Source: Candidatus Lloydbacteria bacterium
GTDB taxonomy: Bacteria > Patescibacteriota > Minisyncoccia > Phycocordibacterales > UBA6899
NCBI GenBank assembly: GCA_043756785.1
Contig: JAYUQK010000046.1
Location: forward strand, 1-31,970
Direction: 5' to 3'
Length of the DNA: 31,970 nucleotides
How positions within the stretch are numbered: position 1 is the stretch's first letter; every line of letters begins with the position of its first letter. A model generated the notes under the pieces. It had not been told where the DNA came from. It did not search any database and saw only the letters and a list, made by a program, of their open reading frames with translations. Positions 25,665 through 31,970 of the stretch are shown here, in pieces. The translations under genes and the position numbers were made by a program.

Positions 25665-27893
25665 TTAATATCCCGTAGGGTCAGCGGCTGCTCCTGCGGT
25701 CACAATGACCTCAGGGCTTGTAGAGCTAAACTTCATTTCGTCGTATATCATGAGCATTGTGGCCTGTGCCCAGTCGGTGGTCTGTGCGGAAATACCAAAG
25801 TAGCCAATGTCGATAACGTCATAGAATTCACGCACAAGCTCGTTGACTGCCGTCGGTGCGTTTGCTATCCCCGCTTCGGAGTAGCCGAGGAGGCCTCCGG
25901 GGCTGGTATTGAGCTCGACCGACTGGTCCTCGAGGTCGCCTTGGGCTCCACCGTCGAGCGTATTGCCGTCCTGTACCGCCTCGAATCCCGCACTTGACGA
26001 GCGCGTGACGTTGTCTTGGTTTTGAAATTGTGGGGTGACTGCGGTGCCGAGAGTGTCTAGACAGTAAGGGTCGTCTGCGGTGCCAGAGCACTCGATGTCT
26101 GCGCGTGCTCCCGTATTTGCAAATTCGTCCCGCTTTGCCTGCTCTTGGCGCGCTAGGCGACCTGCAGTTTCTGCATCGAGCTGCGTTGCTGCGCCAAGTG
26201 GGGAGTTTTGTGGGTTTGAAAGAAGGTCTATGAACATATCCATGCCACCTACCCCGCTCGGGTCGTTGAAGTTATCTGAGAATTTTCCAAAGTCGTTCGG
26301 GTTCGCAAGTCCACATTGTGTTCTTGATGGGGCTGAAAACATTGGGTCTTCCACACTGAGCTTGTTGTTGCGGGCGCTATTTGCTGCCGTATCGAGCCGC
26401 CAAGGCTCACAAATTCCAAGCGACCCTATGGGGTCACCTGAGGCGGGGTCCCCAGCTGCTTGGGCGATGGTGTGCTCAAGGGTGCGACCTTTCACGTTGT
26501 AGATACTCTGGCTCGCATTGGTGTTGTAGACCGCTTCGGTCGAGACGACGCTGTTGTTCACCACTTCATTGCCCGACTTTGCCCAATTGAGGTTTGCGGC
26601 GGAAATCTTACCAACGAGCTGATTGTTGAGCTGCTTTGCCTGTGCGTCGGCGATGTATGTCTTGAGCATTGAGTGGATCTGAATGCTCAAGCCCAGCTTT
26701 TCCCACTCGACAAGCTCTTGCAGCAAACAGCGCAGCGATGCGCTGTTATTCACCTTCACGGATATTGTCGTGGGTATTGTGCTACTGGCACCACTGCTGG
26801 CATCCGTCCACGAACCCTCCGTGTATGCTTCTGGGTCAAGACCACCAACGCCACCGAGTATGTACGCAGGCTTTGTTGCGCACTTTGATTTTGCCACCCC
26901 ACCAGGGTTCCCTCCCGCGATGGTGTCTCGGATGGAGTCTGGTGCACCAGTCAAGGCCGAGTTCACTTGCTTGGCGTATGTGTCAAAGTTCTTTGAGTAT
27001 GTCGTAAACTTAGCAATAAGCTCAAAGTCTTTCACGGGTACGAATGGCCCCCCGAGTACTCCAGAGATAGCCGCTGATATTGATGAGGCAACCCCTGGGC
27101 CGAGTGCAGAAAGTACTGAAGAGGAAAGTGAGCCAAGGACGGATGCGGGCAAAGAGGAGAAAACCTCTGAGCCCAGTGACCCAAGCACGCCTGGGGGAAG
27201 TCCTGATAAAACACCATTGAGTGCTGTGCCTGAAAGCCCTGAAAAAATACTTGAAGGAAGACTTGATAAAAGACCTGAAGTGATACTAGGGAGAACAGCC
27301 GAGAGTTGTGTCGCAGTGAGACCTGCAAGGTTGGTTAGCCCAGCAAGTCCAACGCTGCTCATGCTGTTGATGAGCGAAGTGATTTGCGCTGCTGGTACAG
27401 CAGAAAAAAGAGTTGAGGAGAGTCCCGAAAGTAGCGCTGGAGGCATGCCGTCTAGTGCTGCGGCGAGTGCTGTGGTTGGGAGTGCCGTCAGGCTCGTGGT
27501 GAGGCCACCAAGGTTTGTCGGTAATAGCGCACTGAGAGTACCAGTGAGCTGGCTTACTGAAAAATTTAAAAATGTATCAGGTGGCAGAGCATTGAGAACA
27601 CTTTGTGCCGATGAGTCGAGGATGAGGTCGATTTGTGCTGGAGAAAGCAGTGCAAAGTTAGCCGTGGTGGGGTTGAAGGTGGGGCTTGCGGGGTCCCATG
27701 TGGCTAGGGTGGCGAGTGGGAGAGTGGCAAGAAAGTTTGTGAGTATCGTTGTGGGCAGTGCATTAATAGTACTTGTGAGGTCCCCCGCAAGTGCAGTGGA
27801 TGGAAAAAGCATAAGGAAGCCGAGAATGGTTCCCGTGGCAGACTTTTTTAGCTGTGCATGTGTCAAATACGCCCCACCAAAGAAGATAGTCAT
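25665..27893 (-). CDS. Large secreted protein: L/S/G-rich 8-residue repeats + PVxD (VirB5/TrbJ-like) motif + Cys-containing domain, 742 aa
   Basis: The start at 27893 is supported by TATACT 7 nt upstream. Signal ends PSTALA|GD, followed by about 245 aa of repeats, GGPFVPVKD and six Cys. It ends 4 nt before virB6. Confidence 0.8.
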   Translation of the reverse strand: MTIFFGGAYLTHAQLKKSATGTILGFLMLFPSTALAGDLTSTINALPTTILTNFLATLPLATLATWDPASPTFNPTTANFALLSPAQIDLILDSSAQSVLNALPPDTFLNFSVSQLTGTLSALLPTNLGGLTTSLTALPTTALAAALDGMPPALLSGLSSTLFSAVPAAQITSLINSMSSVGLAGLTNLAGLTATQLSAVLPSITSGLLSSLPSSIFSGLSGTALNGVLSGLPPGVLGSLGSEVFSSLPASVLGSLSSSVLSALGPGVASSISAAISGVLGGPFVPVKDFELIAKFTTYSKNFDTYAKQVNSALTGAPDSIRDTIAGGNPGGVAKSKCATKPAYILGGVGGLDPEAYTEGSWTDASSGASSTIPTTISVKVNNSASLRCLLQELVEWEKLGLSIQIHSMLKTYIADAQAKQLNNQLVGKISAANLNWAKSGNEVVNNSVVSTEAVYNTNASQSIYNVKGRTLEHTIAQAAGDPASGDPIGSLGICEPWRLDTAANSARNNKLSVEDPMFSAPSRTQCGLANPNDFGKFSDNFNDPSGVGGMDMFIDLLSNPQNSPLGAATQLDAETAGRLARQEQAKRDEFANTGARADIECSGTADDPYCLDTLGTAVTPQFQNQDNVTRSSSAGFEAVQDGNTLDGGAQGDLEDQSVELNTSPGGLLGYSEAGIANAPTAVNELVREFYDVIDIGYFGISAQTTDWAQATMLMIYDEMKFSSTSPEVIVTAGAAADPTGY

Positions 27894-28001
27894 ATACTCT
27901 AGTATACCTGTAATTTTATTTATACTATAGTCTCTACGCAGTACTTCCTTGTGGCACACCATGGTGATGATTTGTGTTAAATAATAAAAGTTGCGCATAT
28001 G

Positions 28002-29006
28002 CTACTGCCGACTTTCGCTACCCAAGTAAAAAGGGTACCCCGGCTCATATATAGTAAAAGCTATATTTTTTTCCCTTAAGTACATAACGACGTCTGCATA
28101 CCCTGCGATCATTTCAATGCGCATTTTCGTGTATGTTTGGTATCCCGCAGCGCCCTCAACGGGATTGGAAAAAAGGTACTGCATCCCCAGTAGCCCTCGG
28201 TACATGCCGTCGTACCCGTTCACTATTTTCAGGTGTGCGGGCGCAAGTGGCCTCGGTACCAAAAGAGCACGGAGGTCACGAGAGAAATTGCGATAGTCGA
28301 CCGCAATCAGCTGGAGGCCCTTTAGTGATTCGTCGCTCCGTGTTTTCATGCCCTCCGCGAGCACCACCTCTTCGTTTTGTGTTGTACGTCCTGTGTATTT
28401 TTTAATTATTACACCAAATGCGTTGCCGTATGCGCGCAATGCCTCCGGGCTTTCGTCTGAGGAGATGTTGAGGTCGAGAATTTCGTTCGTAGAAATAAAT
28501 TTTCTCTTGTCGAACCCCTTAATCAGGTCGCGAAAAGTCGTCTCACGCACGTCACGGCTCGCACTTGCGAGGTATTTTGCAAAAAATTCCTTTTTTATAC
28601 CCAAGAGATCTGTCGACGATGTTGCAAAACCTACTCCCTTAGGCGCCACCACCTTGTCGTTCGGTCCCGCTTTAGTGGGGTCTCTCCCCTCGCGTATCTC
28701 GGCGCCGTCTTCTGTACCATCGCCGTCCGTGTCAGCAGTAAATGGGTCAGACTGGTTTAGGCGCTCTTCCCAGTCGGGCAGCCCGTCTTTGTCGCTGTCA
28801 CGCAGTGTAATGTCGTCATTTTTTGTAATACCGCCCCTCTCTATAGTAGCAGTGTCGGCCCCCTCCTGCTTTGGGTCTATGTTCTGTGCGGAGTTATAGT
28901 AAAAACCAGTACTGGCAATAGTGAGCGCAGCAATAGCACTGATGATTAAGTTTTTGTGCAAAAATCGAGAAGTATCCATAGTTTTTCTGAGCTCCGAAAG
29001 ACCCAT
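28002..29006 (-). CDS. Membrane-anchored protein with bacterial thrombospondin type 3 (DxDxDG) Ca-binding repeats
   Basis: N-terminal TM, DSDKDGLPDWEE and DTDGDGTEDGAE, and a helical C-domain. Alternative start at 28979. Extended -10 TGaTACAAT at 29036-29044. Confidence 0.82.
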   Translation of the reverse strand: MGLSELRKTMDTSRFLHKNLIISAIAALTIASTGFYYNSAQNIDPKQEGADTATIERGGITKNDDITLRDSDKDGLPDWEERLNQSDPFTADTDGDGTEDGAEIREGRDPTKAGPNDKVVAPKGVGFATSSTDLLGIKKEFFAKYLASASRDVRETTFRDLIKGFDKRKFISTNEILDLNISSDESPEALRAYGNAFGVIIKKYTGRTTQNEEVVLAEGMKTRSDESLKGLQLIAVDYRNFSRDLRALLVPRPLAPAHLKIVNGYDGMYRGLLGMQYLFSNPVEGAAGYQTYTKMRIEMIAGYADVVMYLREKNIAFTIYEPGYPFYLGSESRQ

Positions 29007-29080
29007 GTGACCCCTCTTTGGTCACGATAAAATTAATTGTATCACTGTTTTTGTGATGCGGTCTCTACTATTTTCTAGAA

Positions 29081-29089
29081 TGTGGATAA
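29081..29089 (-). promoter_or_regulatory. Perfect DnaA box TTATCCACA in the divergent spacer between the T4SS-like cluster and lnt
   Basis: The plus strand reads tgtggataa and overlaps a -10-like TAGAAT (29076-29081). Confidence 0.5.
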
Positions 29090-29145
29090 CATTTTTTATG
29101 CATGAGTGCTTTCTTCCATGCTAAGCTTTTACTAAGTCCCTCCAA

Positions 29146-30633
29146 ATGCGCAACCCCCATTTCCAATCTCTCCTCTACCCACTCCTGTCTGGTATTTTGC
29201 TCTCTCTCGCCACGCCATATTTTGGGTTTTGGCAGCTCGTTTTCCTCGCACTCATTCCGCTCGGACTTTTTCTGCAGCACACGAGCTCATTTAGGCGTGC
29301 TTGTGTCGGAACGCTCCTCACGAGTGTTCCTTTTTGTTTTTTTTCTGCCGAACCCCTCTTTCATTTGGCGGGAACGTGGTGGGTAGTCGGCCCATCGGCG
29401 TCGCTCTTCCACGCCCTCATACCCTACTTTCTGGGTGTTGCGATGCTTATCGCACTCACGTCTCTCACCTACCTCGCCGCCACCGCGGTATACATGAATG
29501 TGCGCGACAGAGAGAGGGGGGGATTTTATGCACCACTCTTTTGTTTTAGTGCGACATGGGCACTCACTGAATTATTGCGTTCATGGCTACTCCTCGGTGG
29601 CTATAGTTGGGCCGTCGTGGGGTATGCGCTCATTGATGCTACCTACGTGAAGCATGTGGCAGTATTTGGTGGTGTGTACAGCCTCTCCTTCATCGCAGTG
29701 TTTGTGGGAATGTGGGGTGCGGGTGTTTTGGGTAGCGTGTGTGCTACGAGCGGGACTCTACTGACATGCGTACGCCACGCATTTTTTGCGAAAGAGCGAG
29801 TGCGTGAGTCACTTATTTTTTTCATATGTGTTGTGGGTGCGACGCTATTTAGCCTCTATCGCGAAATTCGTGGCCCTCAACCTACGGAGCCTATGCGCGT
29901 GGCGGTCATCTCCTCCTCGATGTCCACATTAGAGAGCATAGAAGAGGGCGCATATCGTACATATTTGCAGCTTTTAGGAAATGCACTCGACGCCTCTTCC
30001 GCCCTCGTCGTTTTTCCGGAGAATGTATTTCCCTTTTTTGTGATAGATGAAGAGGCTGGTGAGCTTCCTTCCCACACAGAAACACAGCACTCCCCGCCAA
30101 ATATTGAAGAGTTGTACGGCGAGTTGCTGGCGGTTTCTCGCGCCCACCCAAGCGTCGTGCTCGCAATTCCACTCCATAGCTACAGGCAAAAACTCACGCA
30201 CAATAGCATTTTTCTGTACCAGAATGGACAAATCATAAGTAGCTATCAAAAAAGAAAACCAATACCCTTTGCGGAGTTCTCCCCTTTTGGCCTCCGTCTC
30301 CCACTCCTTGAGACGATAGCAAAAGGGGCGCCAAAGCAAGATTTTCGGATGGGAAATATTCGCTTGGCGGGATATATGTGTGGAGAGATAGGCATCACCT
30401 CCCTCAGTGCGTTCGGGGCCCGCATCATCATCTCCCCATCAAACGAAAGTGTGCTTACTTCTCCTGTGCTCGCCACACAGCAGCACCAATTTGCACGCAT
30501 GAGAGCGCTCGAGGAGGGTGCATATGTACTGCGCTCTTCGAAGGGGGGCATATCGAGCGTTATCGACCCGTATGGGCGTGCACAAGAGAGCATGGTGGGT
30601 GAAAATGGAGTAATTATTTTTGACATTAAATAG
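29146..30633 (+). CDS. lnt: Apolipoprotein N-acyltransferase (Lnt)-like protein
   Basis: About 6-7 N-terminal TMs with 'TELLRSW..GGYSW..GY' and 'GGVYSLSF'. Nitrilase-fold triad: VFPEN, YQKRKPIPFAE and MCGE. Also RALEEG.YVLRS..GGISSVIDPYG. Confidence 0.85.
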   Translation: MRNPHFQSLLYPLLSGILLSLATPYFGFWQLVFLALIPLGLFLQHTSSFRRACVGTLLTSVPFCFFSAEPLFHLAGTWWVVGPSASLFHALIPYFLGVAMLIALTSLTYLAATAVYMNVRDRERGGFYAPLFCFSATWALTELLRSWLLLGGYSWAVVGYALIDATYVKHVAVFGGVYSLSFIAVFVGMWGAGVLGSVCATSGTLLTCVRHAFFAKERVRESLIFFICVVGATLFSLYREIRGPQPTEPMRVAVISSSMSTLESIEEGAYRTYLQLLGNALDASSALVVFPENVFPFFVIDEEAGELPSHTETQHSPPNIEELYGELLAVSRAHPSVVLAIPLHSYRQKLTHNSIFLYQNGQIISSYQKRKPIPFAEFSPFGLRLPLLETIAKGAPKQDFRMGNIRLAGYMCGEIGITSLSAFGARIIISPSNESVLTSPVLATQQHQFARMRALEEGAYVLRSSKGGISSVIDPYGRAQESMVGENGVIIFDIK

Positions 30634-30666
30634 CAATGTATATACATCTCTTTTGCCCCACCACGC

Positions 30667-30691
30667 GCATGCTGGTATAATTTCAGCATGC
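30667..30691 (+). promoter_or_regulatory. Extended -10 promoter (TGgTATAAT) within an 8-bp inverted repeat covering the start codon
   Basis: gcatgctg-gtataattt-cagcatgc. The ATG at 30688 is 6 nt after TATAAT. Confidence 0.65.
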
Positions 30692-31800
30692 TGCGCCACC
30701 ACTTTTTGCTTTCCCTGTGCGTCTCTTTTTGTGCGATATGTTTTTTCTGGCTCTCCCCCGCAAGTGCCTCCGCCACAACAGCTCAAAATTGCGCATACCT
30801 CAACCGCGGCCTCTCTCTGGGCATGAGGGGTGCGGACGTGGTGCACTTACAGCGTGTGTTGAACCAAGACGAGCGGACGAGGGTCGCTGCGAGTGGTCCC
30901 GGCTCATCTGGTTTTGAGTCGAGCTATTTTGGTGCGCGCACAAAACTCGCGGTGATTGCATTCCAGAACTTATATGCCAAAGAGATATTAGTCCCCTCTG
31001 GCTTAAGGGTGGGTAATGGTTTTGTGGGAACATTGAGTAGGGCCAAAATAGCCGCGCTTTGCCTCAGCCCCAGTCCCTCTCCAGTGGAGTCACCAGCGAG
31101 ACCTTCCCCCGCAACAACTGAATCCGTGTCAGTAGCACCCACGGCACCACTCACTCCGGTAACACCAAGTACTACTGTAGCACCACCAAGCGTACTAGAG
31201 GCAACAGTGGCCGCAGTGTCCACCCTGGGGTTTCATTCTGATACGCCAGTCCTCATGTTTCCCTCGGCGTACACGGGGCAACGGGGTGCAACAATAAAAA
31301 TCTCGGCGCTCGGGCTTGCGCCAACGGGAAACACGGTGCATCTGGACTCTTTTACGATAGCGACAGACGCGAAAAGTATCGACCAAAATGGTAACCTCTC
31401 GTTCGTCATTCCCAGTGACGCACCGTTTGGGCAGCACGCACTCTGGATAAGTAGTGGCAAGGGAGAGACAAATAAAACGTTTTTTGTGGTCGCCGACCAG
31501 AGTGCCTCACCCCCCGTGATAACCGACTTTTCTCCCAAAGAAGGACTCTTCGGACAGGTGGTTACCGTCACTGGCTCGGGCTTTCTTCCCACCGGAAATG
31601 ATGTGCGGATTTCCTATGGGACTATCTCCAACATCCCCTCAAGCGATGGCAAGACCCTGAGCTTCACTGTTTCCCCAAACATCCCAGGGCTTCAAGTTGG
31701 GGAGGATCGCCCAGAATTTGATGTGCGTGATGGGTATTGGTTTGCTATTGTGAATGCGGGTGGCATCAGTGCGCACAAGATATTTACTCTGAAAATATAA
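30688..31800 (+). CDS. Secreted peptidoglycan-binding protein (PG_binding_1-like) + P/T/S linker + two IPT/TIG-like domains
   Basis: Signal peptide, LSLGMRGADVVHLQRVLN...YFGARTKLAV..FQ...G.VG.LSR, a low-complexity linker and PVITDFSPKEG..G.VVTVTGSGF. Confidence 0.85.
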   Translation: MLRHHFLLSLCVSFCAICFFWLSPASASATTAQNCAYLNRGLSLGMRGADVVHLQRVLNQDERTRVAASGPGSSGFESSYFGARTKLAVIAFQNLYAKEILVPSGLRVGNGFVGTLSRAKIAALCLSPSPSPVESPARPSPATTESVSVAPTAPLTPVTPSTTVAPPSVLEATVAAVSTLGFHSDTPVLMFPSAYTGQRGATIKISALGLAPTGNTVHLDSFTIATDAKSIDQNGNLSFVIPSDAPFGQHALWISSGKGETNKTFFVVADQSASPPVITDFSPKEGLFGQVVTVTGSGFLPTGNDVRISYGTISNIPSSDGKTLSFTVSPNIPGLQVGEDRPEFDVRDGYWFAIVNAGGISAHKIFTLKI

Positions 31801-31846
31801 CTACATGTTTACTTACATAAAAACTGCACAGATAAAAAACTTTTTT

Positions 31847-31970
31847 GTGGAACACAAGCACAACACACGCCGCTGGCTGTTTGCCCTCCTTATCCTTGCT
31901 TTGGGAGTGGGTGTTGCATTCACCATGTACACACGCACTGCGACCGCAGGTCCAGGGCTGCCTTTTGGCG
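31847..31970 (+). CDS. 5' part of a secreted/membrane protein (truncated by the window edge)
   Basis: GTG start, reading MEHKHNTRRWLFALLILALGVGVAFTMYTRTATAGPGLPFG, a signal/TM-like segment open to the window end. Confidence 0.55.
   Translation, partial: MEHKHNTRRWLFALLILALGVGVAFTMYTRTATAGPGLPFG

Noticed and set aside
26683-27930. 415-aa plus-strand ORF with S/E/P-rich repeats
   Set aside because: It is the mirror of the low-complexity Leu/Ser/Gly repeat gene on the minus strand. Its lack of stops follows from that gene's codon bias.
15608-29006. Integrative conjugative element or prophage interpretation of the cluster
   Set aside because: No integrase, relaxase, coupling protein, att-like direct repeats or phage genes are present in the window. 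The flanks are core genes and no obvious compositional break was seen.
1-31970. Alternative genetic code (TGA=Gly, as in Gracilibacteria/Absconditabacteria)
   Set aside because: Long conserved genes have no in-frame TGA, and TGA ends tyrS (within a terminator) and the PBP at the expected C-termini.
1-31970. CRISPR array, rRNA or IS transposase
   Set aside because: No regularly spaced direct repeats, rRNA-like sequence or transposase motifs were seen.

Overview
Replication-origin region of a bacterial chromosome, most likely a Patescibacteria/CPR (Parcubacteria-like) genome. This is inferred from the compact housekeeping genes, short YebC and Jag/KhpB, CPR-type pilin and many secreted Ig/FN3/PG-binding proteins. 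Left part: a truncated secreted FN3/DUF11-like protein missed by the ORF track, a stand-alone PilB ATPase, ruvB-yebC-ruvC with two small unlisted ORFs, tyrS and a class A PBP. Centre: a DciA-like ORF, dnaN, oriC and dnaA, then the divergent rpmH-rnpA-yidD-yidC-jag. Right part: an 11-gene minus-strand cluster of about 13.4 kb (15608-29006) that looks like a chromosomal, non-conjugative, Gram-positive-style type IV secretion system. It encodes a TSP3-repeat protein, a VirB5-like repeat protein, an extended VirB6, PrgI, a split VirB4, a membrane protein, Ig-like and beta-propeller surface proteins, and a VirB2-like pilin fused to a probable Zn peptidase of the M15/Hedgehog-like fold. An atypical Lnt and a PG-binding/IPT protein follow. 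At least 11 genes have a -10 hexamer 6-7 nt before the ATG, indicating leaderless transcripts, and in several the -10 lies inside an inverted repeat with recurring geometry. No tRNA, rRNA, CRISPR array, integrase, relaxase or transposase was seen. All family calls come from motif recognition by eye, not from database searches.
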